Positions 1-9,277 of a DNA stretch of 64,000 nt are shown here, piece by piece. Under the pieces are notes generated by a model that was not told the DNA's origin, searched no databases, and saw only the letters and a program-made list of their open reading frames with translations. The position numbers were made by a program, and so were the translations under genes. This DNA comes from an uncultured Gemmatimonadales bacterium (lineage in GTDB: Bacteria; Gemmatimonadota; Gemmatimonadetes; Gemmatimonadales; GWC2-71-9): NCBI GenBank assembly GCA_963779755.1, contig CAVZZO010000003.1:1-64000 (forward strand), read 5' to 3'. The first letter of the stretch is position 1. The number at the start of each line of letters is the position of its first letter.

Positions 1-1600
1 GTTCCCCCGGACACAGAGTACCCGTTAGCGGGGGCCGGACGGCGCCATGCACGACGTCACCGTGAAGAAGGTCCCTCTGGCCCTCGGCCTGGACCTCCAG
101 GGCGGCATGCACCTGGCGCTGGAACTGGATCAGTCCAAGAAGGTCTCCACCGACCCCAAGCGCGATCTCGATCTGGCGCTCACCGTGCTGCGCAAGCGGA
201 TGGACGAATTCGGGGTGATGGAGCCGCTGGTGCAGGAGGTGGGCAACGATCGCATCGTGGTCGAACTGCCCGGCCTGAAAGACCCGGAGCGGGCCGTGGC
301 CATCGTGGAGCGGACCGCCTTCCTCGAATTCCGCCTGACCGACAAGACCGGCGCGCTGGACCGCGCGCTGCCGGCCCTGGACCGGGCGGCCCGCAATGCC
401 GGCGTCACCGCCGGTGCCCCGGGGGAGACGCCGGGCGCGGCGCCCAGCGCGGTGGAGCAGCTCCTGGGCGACACCGGGAAGCAGGATACCAGCCAGGCGG
501 TGCAGGACAGCGCCGCGGCGGCGGCGGGCGCCGGGGTGCTCAGCAGTCTCATCCGGCCCAGCGGCGAGGTCGGCCTGGGGAGCATCCCCGGCGAGTACGC
601 CGTGCCCGAGAGCGCCTATCCCCGGGTGGACAGCCTGCTGCGGATTCCGGCGGTGGCCCGGGCCATCCCGCGCAGCATCGACCTGCTCTGGTCGGCGAAC
701 GCGATCAGCGTGGGGGCCCAGCCCTACCGGTTGCTCTACGCGCTGGAGCCCAAGCCCATGATCACCGGGCAGAACCTGGTGAACGCCAGCGCCCAGATCG
801 ACCAGACCAACCAGCAGGCCATCGTGCCGTTCGAGCTGGACCGCGCGGGTGGCCGCATCTTCGGCCGGGAGACGGCGCAGCATGTGGGCGACTACATGGC
901 CATCATCCTGGACGGGCGGGTGCAGGGGCGCCCCCCGGTGATCCAGAGCCAGATCAACCGCAACGGCCAGATCACACTGGGCAACCGCACACTGCAGGAG
1001 GCGCAGGACCTGGCGCTCACGCTGCGGGCCGGCGCGCTGCCCATCCCGCTCAAGATCGTGGACCGGCGGCAGGTGGGCCCCAGCCTGGGGGCGGACTCGA
1101 TCCGCAAGGGGATCACGGCGGGCATCGTCGGCACGGTGCTGGTGATCCTGGTCATGATCGCCTACTACCGGGTGAGCGGCCTGCTGGCGGTGCTGGCGCT
1201 GGCGCTCTACGTGCTGTTCGCCCTGGGCGGACTCGCGATGGTCAGTGCGACGCTCACCCTGCCGGGGCTGGCGGGCCTGGTGCTGAGTATCGGCATCGCG
1301 GTCGATGCCAACGTGCTGATCTTCGAACGCATCCGGGAAGAACTGGCGCTGGGCAAGACCGTCCGGTTGTCGGTGGACGAGGGGTTCCGCCACGCCATGA
1401 ACGCCATCGTCGACTCCAACGTGAGCACCGTGCTGACGGCGCTCTTCCTGTTCCAGTTCGGTACCGGGCCGGTGAAAGGCTTCGCGGTCACGCTCATCAT
1501 GGGCATCATCGCGTCGATGATCACCGCCATTTTCGTGACCCGAACCTTCTTCATGATCTGGCTGAGCCGCCGGCCGGCCATGTCCACGCTGAGCATCTGA
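1..1600 (+). CDS. secD: Protein translocase subunit SecD (5' end probably outside window; in-frame TAG at 26-28)
   Basis: LGLDLQGG motif, periplasmic P1 domain, VGPSLG, IGIAVDANVLIFERIREE, C-terminal TM helices; adjacent to secF. ORF from ATG 47 lacks TM1. Confidence 0.95.
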
Positions 1601-1602
1601 CC

Positions 1603-2571
1603 ATGCGACTCTTCGCGCACGCCAACTACGACTTTATCGGCTTCCGCTGGAAGGCGATCTGGGCGACCATCCTCATCGTGGTCGCCGGCCTCGCCTTTCT
1701 TGCCGTGAACGGCTTGAACTACAGCATCGAGTTCACCGGCGGCACGATGATCCGGATCACGACGGCGGCGCCGGTGGACGTCGGCCGGCTGCGCGCCGGG
1801 CTCGACCAGGCCGGCATCCACAACGCCGAGATCACCTCGTTCGGCAGCAATCAGGAGTATGCCATCCGGGCGCGGGTCTTCAAGCCGGGCACCGACCCCA
1901 ACGACACCCAGGCGACGGCCGACGCCGTCACCGCCGCGCTCAACGGGCTCCTGGGCAAGGGCAACTACACCGCCGGCGCGAGCGAGGCGGTAGGCCCCAA
2001 GGTGGGCGGCGAGCTGCGGCAGAAGGCGTTCCTGGCGATCTTTCTGTCGTTCTTCGCCGTGCTGGCCTATCTGGCCTACCGCTTCGAGTGGCGCTTCGGC
2101 CTGGCGGCGGTCATCGCCACCGCGCACGACATCGTCACCACCATCGCCTTCATCAGCGTGATGCGGCTGGAGGTGAGCCTGGTGGTGGTGGCGGCGCTGC
2201 TGTCCATGGTGGGGTACTCGCTCAACGATACCATCATCATTTTCGACCGGGTGCGGGAAAACCTGCACAAGCTCCGGCGGGAGAGTTTCACCGAAATCCT
2301 GAACCGGTCGATCAACGAGACCCTGCCGCGCAGCGTGCTGACCCACGGCACCACCCTGGCCACGCTGACCGCGCTGACCATCTTCGGGGGCGAAGTGATC
2401 CGGCCCTTTGCGCTGGTGATGCTCTTCGGCGTCTTCACCGGCACCTTCAGCTCCATCTATATCGCCTCGCCGGTCCTCATGTGGATCGAGCGCCGCTGGC
2501 CCGGCGCCGATGTCCGCGGCGTGCGAACGGCGAAGGCGCCGCAGGGCCGCAAGGTACAGCCGGTCGCCTGA
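1603..2571 (+). CDS. secF: Protein translocase subunit SecF
   Basis: IEFTGG, VGPKVG, GYSLNDTIIIFDRVRE and SSIYIASP motifs; directly after secD. Confidence 0.96.
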   Translation: MRLFAHANYDFIGFRWKAIWATILIVVAGLAFLAVNGLNYSIEFTGGTMIRITTAAPVDVGRLRAGLDQAGIHNAEITSFGSNQEYAIRARVFKPGTDPNDTQATADAVTAALNGLLGKGNYTAGASEAVGPKVGGELRQKAFLAIFLSFFAVLAYLAYRFEWRFGLAAVIATAHDIVTTIAFISVMRLEVSLVVVAALLSMVGYSLNDTIIIFDRVRENLHKLRRESFTEILNRSINETLPRSVLTHGTTLATLTALTIFGGEVIRPFALVMLFGVFTGTFSSIYIASPVLMWIERRWPGADVRGVRTAKAPQGRKVQPVA

Positions 2572-2587
2572 GGCGGGGGCCGCCGGC

Positions 2588-3376
2588 GTGCTGGTGGACA
2601 CCCACTGCCATCTGGCCGATGCCGCCTTTGCCGCGGATCTCGATGACGTGCTCGCCCGGGCCCTGGAAGCCGGGGTCGGGCACGTTGTCGTGATCGGGGA
2701 GTCGCCCGCCGCGTTCGAACGCGCCCGGGAGCTGGCCGCGCGCCACCGGGGGCTCTCCCTGGCCACCGGGATTCATCCCCACGATGCCGCCACCTGGACC
2801 GCCGACAGCGCCGCCTGGCTGGCGCAGGCGCTGGGCCACCCCGCCATCGTGGCCCTGGGCGAGATCGGGCTGGACTACCACTACGACCATGCTCCCCGGC
2901 CGCTGCAGCGCCAGGTCTTCGCCCGGCAACTGGCGCTCGCCGCCGAACGGCGCCTGCCCGTCGTCGTTCACGCCCGCGAGGCGGATGAAGACGTGGCGGC
3001 GGCCCTGCGCCAGGCCGGAGGCATCACCGCGGTCCTGCACTCCTTCAGCTCCGGACCGTCGCTGCTGGAGGCCGCGCTGGCCCGGGGTGATTACGTCTCC
3101 TTCAGCGGCATGGCCACCTTCCGCAACTGGACGCTGGACGATGCGGTGCGCGCCGTTCCGCTGGACCGGTTGCTGCTGGAGACCGACGCGCCCTACCTTG
3201 CGCCGGTCCCGCACCGGGGCCGACGGAACGAACCGGCATGGGTGCGCGACACGGGGGCCCGGGTGGCGGCGGTGCGGGGCATGACCCTGGAAGACCTGGC
3301 CGCGGCGACAACCGAGAATGCCGCGCGGGTGTTTGGAGAGCGGGTTCGACCCCATCCGGTGAGCGGTGAACGGTAA
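2588..3376 (+). CDS. tatD: TatD family hydrolase
   Basis: GTG start at VLVDTHCHL; GIHPH, GEIGLDY, HAREA, LETDAPYL and RNEP motifs. Confidence 0.93.
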   Translation: MLVDTHCHLADAAFAADLDDVLARALEAGVGHVVVIGESPAAFERARELAARHRGLSLATGIHPHDAATWTADSAAWLAQALGHPAIVALGEIGLDYHYDHAPRPLQRQVFARQLALAAERRLPVVVHAREADEDVAAALRQAGGITAVLHSFSSGPSLLEAALARGDYVSFSGMATFRNWTLDDAVRAVPLDRLLLETDAPYLAPVPHRGRRNEPAWVRDTGARVAAVRGMTLEDLAAATTENAARVFGERVRPHPVSGER

Positions 3377-3425
3377 GCAGCGAGCGGGATCCTCCCCGCT
3401 TACCGCTCACCGCTCACCGCTCACC
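3358..3425. repeat. Palindromic heptamer-repeat (REP-like) element, GAGCGGT/ACCGCTC family
   Basis: GGTGAGCGGTGAACGGTAAGC...TTACCGCTCACCGCTCACCGCTCACC; inverted, similar copy of 7924-7997. Confidence 0.75.
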
Positions 3426-3450
3426 CTCTCATAACCGGAGGAGTAGCACC

Positions 3451-5124
3451 TTGGCTTCTATCCCGTCCGATATCGCTATCGCGCAGGCCGCGACGCTGCG
3501 GCCCATCGCCGACGTGGCCGCCGAGCTGGACCTGGGGCCCGACGACATCCTGCCCTATGGCCGCTACAAGGCCAAGATCGCCCCCGAGGTCATGGCGCGC
3601 TCGAAGGCCCGCGGCCGGCTGGTGCTGGTGACGGGGATCAACCCCACGCCGGCCGGCGAGGGAAAGTCGACCTGCGCCGTGGGCGTGGCCCAGGCGTTGC
3701 GCCGGATGGGCAAGCGCACGGTGCTGTGCCTGCGGGAGCCGTCGCTGGGGCCGGTCTTCGGCGTGAAGGGCGGCGCGGCGGGCGGCGGGTATGCCCAGGT
3801 GGTGCCGATGGACGAGATCAACCTGCATTTCACCGGCGACTTTCACGCGATCACCTCCGCCCACAACCTGCTCTCGGCGCTGCTGGACAATCATATCTAC
3901 CAGGGCAACGGCCGGGCGCTGGACCAGCGGCGTATCACCTGGCCCCGGACCATCGACATGAACGACCGGGCCCTGCGCCACATCGTGGTGGGCCTGGGCG
4001 GTCTCAACGGGGGCCCCCCGCGCGAGGACCGGTTCGTCATCGTGCCGGGCAGCGAGATCATGGCGATCCTCTGCCTCGCCACCAACCTGACCGACCTGGA
4101 GCGGCGGATCGCGCGGATCGTGGTGGGCCTCACCCGGGAGAAAAAGGCGGTAACCGCCGGCGATCTCAAGGCGGCCGGCGCCATGACGCTGCTGCTCAAG
4201 GACGCCATGCTGCCCAACCTGGTGCAGACGCTGGAGGGCGGCCCCGCGCTGGTGCATGGCGGCCCCTTCGGCAACATCGCCCATGGCTGCAATTCGCTGG
4301 TCGCGACCCGCCTGGGCCTGGGGCTGGGCGATATCGTAGTGACCGAGGCCGGCTTCGGCGCCGATCTCGGGGCGGAGAAGTTCTTTGATATCAAGTGCCG
4401 GGCGGGCGATCTGCGGCCCGAGGCGGCGATCGTCGTGGCCACCGTACGGGCGCTCAAGATGCATGGCGGCGTCAAGAAGGATGCGCTGGCGACCCCCGAC
4501 GTGGCGGCGCTGCGCCGCGGGCTGGTGAATCTCCAGGGGCACGTGGAGAACGTCCAGAAGTACGGCGTGCCGACGGTGGTGGCGGTCAACCGGTTCATTA
4601 CCGACAGTCCGGAAGAGCTGCGCGTCATCGAGGACGCGGCCCGGGGCTGGGGATCGCGCGCCGCGTTGTGCGACGTGTGGGAGAAGGGCGGGGAAGGCGG
4701 GATCGCCGTCGCGGAAGAGGTACTCGCCGTCCTGGACGAGGGAAAGGCGAACTTCCGGCCCATCTACGACGCGGCCAGGCCCATCAAGGAGAAGATCGAG
4801 ACCGTGGCGCGGGAAATCTACGGGGCGGACGGCGTGGACTACACCACCGCCGCCGAACGGTCCATCGCGCAGTGCGAAGCCATCGGCCTGGGGGACACGC
4901 CGGTCTGCATCGCCAAGACCCAGTATTCGTTCAGCGACGACCCGGCCAGGCTGGGCCGGCCCAGCGGGTTCCGCATCACTATTCGCGATGTGTCGCCCTC
5001 GGCCGGCGCGGGGTTCGTGGTCGCGCTGGCCGGCGACATCATGACCATGCCGGGGCTCTCCCGGGCGCCGGCGGCGGAAAGCATCCGGGTGAACGCCGAC
5101 GGCAGTATCGAGGGGCTGTTCTAG
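3451..5124 (+). CDS. fhs: Formate--tetrahydrofolate ligase
   Basis: TPAGEGKST, GVKGGAAGGGYAQV, HGGPFGNIAHG, EAGFGADLGAEKF, IMTMPGL; GGAGGA RBS before TTG. Confidence 0.97.
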   Translation: MASIPSDIAIAQAATLRPIADVAAELDLGPDDILPYGRYKAKIAPEVMARSKARGRLVLVTGINPTPAGEGKSTCAVGVAQALRRMGKRTVLCLREPSLGPVFGVKGGAAGGGYAQVVPMDEINLHFTGDFHAITSAHNLLSALLDNHIYQGNGRALDQRRITWPRTIDMNDRALRHIVVGLGGLNGGPPREDRFVIVPGSEIMAILCLATNLTDLERRIARIVVGLTREKKAVTAGDLKAAGAMTLLLKDAMLPNLVQTLEGGPALVHGGPFGNIAHGCNSLVATRLGLGLGDIVVTEAGFGADLGAEKFFDIKCRAGDLRPEAAIVVATVRALKMHGGVKKDALATPDVAALRRGLVNLQGHVENVQKYGVPTVVAVNRFITDSPEELRVIEDAARGWGSRAALCDVWEKGGEGGIAVAEEVLAVLDEGKANFRPIYDAARPIKEKIETVAREIYGADGVDYTTAAERSIAQCEAIGLGDTPVCIAKTQYSFSDDPARLGRPSGFRITIRDVSPSAGAGFVVALAGDIMTMPGLSRAPAAESIRVNADGSIEGLF

Positions 5125-5174
5125 CCGGCGGCCGCCTCCCGCCAATGAAACCCGAGAATCACCGGAGCCGAGCC

Positions 5175-5549
5175 ATGGATTTTGTTCATACCGACAATGC
5201 CCCCCGCGCCATCGGGCCCTACAGCCAGGCGGTGGTGGTGGAGAATACCATCTACACCGCGGGACAGATCGCGCTCGATCCCGCCAGCGGTCAGGTGGTG
5301 GAAGGCGGCATCCGGGAGCAGACCGTGCGGGTGCTGGAGAACCTCCGCGCCGTGTTGCGGGCAGCCGGGACCGACCTCGGCAGGGTGGTCAAGACCACCG
5401 TGTTTCTGGCCGATATGGCGGACTTCGCCGAGATGAACGACATCTACGCCCAGGCATTCGGGAGCCACAAGCCGGCCCGGAGCACGGTGGCCGTGGCGGG
5501 GCTGCCGCGGGGCGTGCGGGTCGAGATCGACGTGGTGGCGGTGCGGTAG
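5175..5549 (+). CDS. ridA: RidA/YjgF family enamine deaminase
   Basis: APRAIGPYSQAV, GQIALDP, KPARSTVAV..LPRGVRVEID. Confidence 0.92.
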   Translation: MDFVHTDNAPRAIGPYSQAVVVENTIYTAGQIALDPASGQVVEGGIREQTVRVLENLRAVLRAAGTDLGRVVKTTVFLADMADFAEMNDIYAQAFGSHKPARSTVAVAGLPRGVRVEIDVVAVR

Positions 5550-5595
5550 GCGCGAGGCATGCCTCGCCCCTGCCGCACCGCCACCGGTGCACCAG

Positions 5596-5690
5596 GGGGG
5601 CGGATCGGGCCTGGTGGTCCGGCCGGACTTCAAATCCGCGACGGAGGCGCCTTGGGCGACTCCGGTGGGTTCGATTCCCACACGCTCCCG
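5596..5690 (+). tRNA. selC: tRNA-Sec (anticodon TCA)
   Basis: ~95 nt; anticodon loop CTTCAAA (TCA at 5630-5632); long variable arm CGGAG...CTCCG; T-loop GGTTCGATTCC; extended D stem; G discriminator. Confidence 0.9.
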
Positions 5691-5692
5691 TC

Positions 5693-6592
5693 ATGTCCAC
5701 CACCCTGCTTGCCAACCCCGCCGCCGGCGGTGGCCGCTGCCGGCGTGCGCTGCCCGGGGTGGCGGCGGCGGCCCGGGCCCAGTTCGGCGCCGTAGAGATC
5801 CTCGAAACCGCCGCGCCGGGCGAGGCGGTGGCGCGGGCGCGGGAGGCGGCCCAGTCGGGCGCCGGCCGCCTGCTGGTCCTGGGAGGCGACGGCACGGTCC
5901 ACGAGGCCGCCAACGGGCTGCTCACCAGCGGCGTAGAGGCCCTGCCGGCGCTGGGGGTGGTGCCCATCGGATCGGGCAATGATTTCGCCCGTATGGCCGG
6001 CACCGCCGGGCTGCGCCCGGCGGAGGCGCTGCGCCGGCTGGCAGCCGCGGCGGTGGTTCGTTTCGACGTGGGCCGGGCCTGGGACGAGTACTTCGTCAAC
6101 TCGCTGGGAGTGGGGCTCGACGCCGAGGTGGCCAGCCATGTCCCCGCGTTCCGGCGGCTGCCCGGCCCCCTGGTGTATCTTGCCGCGCTGGCGCGCGCCT
6201 ATCGCCACTACAGGCCTGCGGTATTCACGATCGGACTGAACGGCAAGGTCGTCACCGCGCCGGTCACCTGTATCGAGATCGGTATCGGGAAATCCTGCGG
6301 CGGAGGATTTTATCTTACGCCCCAGGCACAGCCGGATGACGGCCTCTTCGATATCTGCCTGGTGCGTCCGCTCTCACATCTGGGATTCATGCTCAAGATG
6401 CCGCTGGCGCTGGGAGGGTGGCATACCGGCTTGCGGGAGGTCACGATGTCCCGGGCGAACGCGCTGACGCTGCGCAGCACCGGGGGGCCCATACTGGCCC
6501 ACCTGGACGGCGAGGTCCGCCGGCCCGGCGCTTCGGAGCTGGCCATCACCCTGGAGCCGGCGCGCCTGCCGGTGCTGCGGGTGGCGCGATGA
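5693..6592 (+). CDS. Diacylglycerol/lipid kinase family protein (YegS/DAGK-like)
   Basis: NPAAG, GGDGTVHE, PIGSGNDF, DDGLFD and DGE motifs. Confidence 0.9.
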   Translation: MSTTLLANPAAGGGRCRRALPGVAAAARAQFGAVEILETAAPGEAVARAREAAQSGAGRLLVLGGDGTVHEAANGLLTSGVEALPALGVVPIGSGNDFARMAGTAGLRPAEALRRLAAAAVVRFDVGRAWDEYFVNSLGVGLDAEVASHVPAFRRLPGPLVYLAALARAYRHYRPAVFTIGLNGKVVTAPVTCIEIGIGKSCGGGFYLTPQAQPDDGLFDICLVRPLSHLGFMLKMPLALGGWHTGLREVTMSRANALTLRSTGGPILAHLDGEVRRPGASELAITLEPARLPVLRVAR

Positions 6593-7113
6593 ACCGGCTC
6601 GCCACCACGGCCGGGGTGCTCTGTGCCATGGTCCTGGCGCCCCGGCTGGCGGCGCAGGTGCCCGACAGCCTGCGCATGAATCCGGTGCCCCCGCGCCCCG
6701 ACACCGTACGCGTGGTGCCGGAAACGCCGGCCCGGGACACCAGCCTGGTGCGCCGCCCCCCCGTGGGCCCGATCGGCGCGCTGTGGCGCTCCTTTCTGAT
6801 CCCCGGGTGGGGACAGGCCAAACTGGGACGGAAGCTCACCGGCGGCATCTTCGTCGCCTGGGAGGGTGTCACCCTGGGAATGACGCTCAAGACCTCGCAT
6901 GAGCTGAGCTATCTGGAGCGTACCGGATCGGGGCGGGTGGCCGCCAAGCGATCGGAACGGGAAGACTGGCTCATCCTGCTGGCCTTCAACCATCTCATGT
7001 CGGGACTCGAAGCCTACGTGTCGGCGCACCTCTGGGACTTCCCCCAGGACCTGAGCGTGCGGGCGGTGCCCGGCGGGCTGGTGGGGCAGGTCTCGCTGCC
7101 GCATCTGCGATGA
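6589..7113 (+). CDS. Hypothetical membrane protein (DUF5683-like)
   Basis: ATGA overlaps at both ends; signal-like N-terminus; ALWRSFLIPGWGQ and EAYVSAHLWDF motifs. Confidence 0.65.
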   Translation: MNRLATTAGVLCAMVLAPRLAAQVPDSLRMNPVPPRPDTVRVVPETPARDTSLVRRPPVGPIGALWRSFLIPGWGQAKLGRKLTGGIFVAWEGVTLGMTLKTSHELSYLERTGSGRVAAKRSEREDWLILLAFNHLMSGLEAYVSAHLWDFPQDLSVRAVPGGLVGQVSLPHLR

Positions 7114-7928
7114 ACCCGGCACCCATCGGCATCTTCGACTCGGGCATCGGCGGGTTGACGGTGGCGCGTGCCATCTACGACCGGCTGCCCGGCGAGTCGA
7201 CCATCTACTACGGCGACACTGCCCGGGTTCCGTACGGTCCCAAGTCGCCCGATACCGTTCGGCGCTACAGCCTGGAGATTCTGCACTGGCTCCTGGGCGA
7301 GGGGGTGAAGGCGGTCGTGATCGCCTGTAACACCAGCACCGCCCATGCGCTGGACGCGCTGCGGGCCGCCTCGCCGGTTCCCGTGGTCGGGGTCATCGAG
7401 CCGGGGGCGAGGGCGGCGGTGGCCGCGGCGGCAGTGGCCGCACCGGAAGGGCGGCGGGTGGTCGGGGTGATCGGGACCGCCGGCACCATTCACAGCAACG
7501 CCTACGGCCGGGCGATCCATGCCCTGGATGCTTCCATCCGGGTGGAGCAGCAGGCCTGCCCCCTGTTCGTGCCCCTGGTGGAGGAGGGCTGGTTCGACCA
7601 TCCGGCGGCGGCGCTCATCGCCGATGAATACCTGCGGCCGTTGCGCGATGCCGGCATCCAGGTCCTGGTGCTGGGCTGCACCCACTACCCGTTGTTGAAG
7701 CCGCTCCTGCGGCGGACACTGGGGCCGGCGGTGGCCCTGATCGACAGCGCCGAGCAGACCGCGCTGGCGCTGGAAGGGGTGCTGGGGGAACGCGGCCTGG
7801 CCGGTCCGCCTGGCTCGGGGGCCACCCATCGGTTCGTGGTGAGCGACGACGAGCCGCGCTTCCGCCAGGTGGGCGCGCGATTCATCGGCGAACGGCTGAC
7901 CAGGGCGGAGGTGGTGGCGCTGGGGTGA
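7110..7928 (+). CDS. murI: Glutamate racemase
   Basis: IFDSGIGGLTV, PYGPKS, IACNTS, LGCTHYP. Confidence 0.97.
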   Translation: MNPAPIGIFDSGIGGLTVARAIYDRLPGESTIYYGDTARVPYGPKSPDTVRRYSLEILHWLLGEGVKAVVIACNTSTAHALDALRAASPVPVVGVIEPGARAAVAAAAVAAPEGRRVVGVIGTAGTIHSNAYGRAIHALDASIRVEQQACPLFVPLVEEGWFDHPAAALIADEYLRPLRDAGIQVLVLGCTHYPLLKPLLRRTLGPAVALIDSAEQTALALEGVLGERGLAGPPGSGATHRFVVSDDEPRFRQVGARFIGERLTRAEVVALG

Positions 7929-7997
7929 GCGGTGAGCGGTGAGCGGTAAGCGGTGAACAGGGAGACTCCCGCTCACTGCTTACTGCTCACCGCCCAC
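7924..7997. repeat. Palindromic heptamer-repeat element between convergent genes
   Basis: (GGTGAGC)x3 GGTAAGC GGTGAAC...GCTCACTGCTTACTGCTCACCGCCCAC. Confidence 0.75.
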
Positions 7998-8720
7998 GAA
8001 AGACCGAAGCTCCGCCCCTGTTTCGGTCGCCACCGCATAGCGGAACCCATCCAGCCAGGCGCCGGGATTGAGATACTGCCGGCCGGGAGCGGGTTCGGTG
8101 AGGGCGGGATGATGGGTATGGCCCATCACGATGAGCCCCAGCCCCGGCTCCTCGGCCAGGCGCCGCTCGGCCCAGACCCGCTGGCGCCCGGCTGCCTGGG
8201 CGATGGTCGCCGGATCGCGGGTATCGTTGCCCAGCTTGTGGCTCATACGGTCGGCCAGCCAGAACCCGAGCGCCGGATGCAGCGCGCGATAGAGCGCGAT
8301 CATGCCCCGGTTCCGGGTCAGGTGGTACATGAGGGTGGCGCTCCAGTGTTCCTCGGTCAGGCCGTCGCCGTGGATGGCCAGCACCTGCCGCTGCCCGATG
8401 GCGAACCGGCATTCCAGCGGATGGAAGGCGATATCCAGGTCGGTGCGCCAGAAGTCACCGCCCCAGCGGTCGTGATTGCCGCCCACCATGACCACGGGAA
8501 TCCGCCGCCGGAGCGCGGCCAGCGCGGCCGCCACGTGGAACCCGGTGCGGGGCACCACCCGGCGGTATTCGAACCAGAAGTCGAAGAGATCGCCGTCGAC
8601 CAGGAGGCAGTCCCCCAGCTCGGGGACGCGGGGCAGAAAGTCGAGCAACGCCGACTCCACCCCGGGCCCGGAGGCGCCGAGGTGGGCGTCTGAGAGAATG
8701 ACCAGTTGGTGCCCAAGCAC
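7980..8720 (-). CDS. lpxH: UDP-2,3-diacylglucosamine diphosphatase (LpxH-like metallophosphoesterase)
   Basis: SDAHLG, GDLFDFWFE, GNHD, IHGDG, MGHTH, NPGAW; GTG start at 8720. Confidence 0.8.
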   Translation of the reverse strand: MLGHQLVILSDAHLGASGPGVESALLDFLPRVPELGDCLLVDGDLFDFWFEYRRVVPRTGFHVAAALAALRRRIPVVMVGGNHDRWGGDFWRTDLDIAFHPLECRFAIGQRQVLAIHGDGLTEEHWSATLMYHLTRNRGMIALYRALHPALGFWLADRMSHKLGNDTRDPATIAQAAGRQRVWAERRLAEEPGLGLIVMGHTHHPALTEPAPGRQYLNPGAWLDGFRYAVATETGAELRSFVGGEQ

Positions 8721-8765
8721 GGTGCGAAGATAGAAACCGCTGCCGCCGGGCGGAAGGGAGCCGGG

Positions 8766-9182
8766 GTGATCACCGAAACGCTGGTCCGCGTCAACTATTC
8801 GGAAGTCGACCAGATGGGCGTCGTGTACCACGCGCGCTATGTCGTCTGGCTCGACGTCGCCCGTACGGAGCATATGCGCCGGGCCGGCATGAGCTACCGC
8901 GAGGTCGAAGCCCGTGGTTTCCGCCTGGCGGTGGCCGAGCTGCGCATCCGCTACCGGCAGGCGGCCCGGTATGACGACCAGGTGCGGATCCGCTGCTGGG
9001 TGCGCGACCTGGGGAGCCGGCGCGTTACCTTCGGCTATGCCCTGGAGGACGTGGAGCGCGGAGTCCTGCTTGCCACCGCCGAGACCGTGATGATCTCGCT
9101 GAGCCACGACCATCGTCCGGCACGATTGCCGGAGGACATCCTGGGTCTCCTCCACGCCACCGGCGACCCAGTGCGTCTCTGA
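8766..9182 (+). CDS. Acyl-CoA thioesterase (YbgC/4HBT family)
   Basis: VRVNYSEVDQMGVVYHARY hotdog motif. Confidence 0.9.
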   Translation: MITETLVRVNYSEVDQMGVVYHARYVVWLDVARTEHMRRAGMSYREVEARGFRLAVAELRIRYRQAARYDDQVRIRCWVRDLGSRRVTFGYALEDVERGVLLATAETVMISLSHDHRPARLPEDILGLLHATGDPVRL

Positions 9183-9277
9183 CGCCTTGACGGCCGCGAC
9201 GGGACGCAGCGAACACCGGCAGCTCGTGGCGTTCTTCGTGCCCCGACCGTTACTTTCTCGAAACCACAGGATCGATC

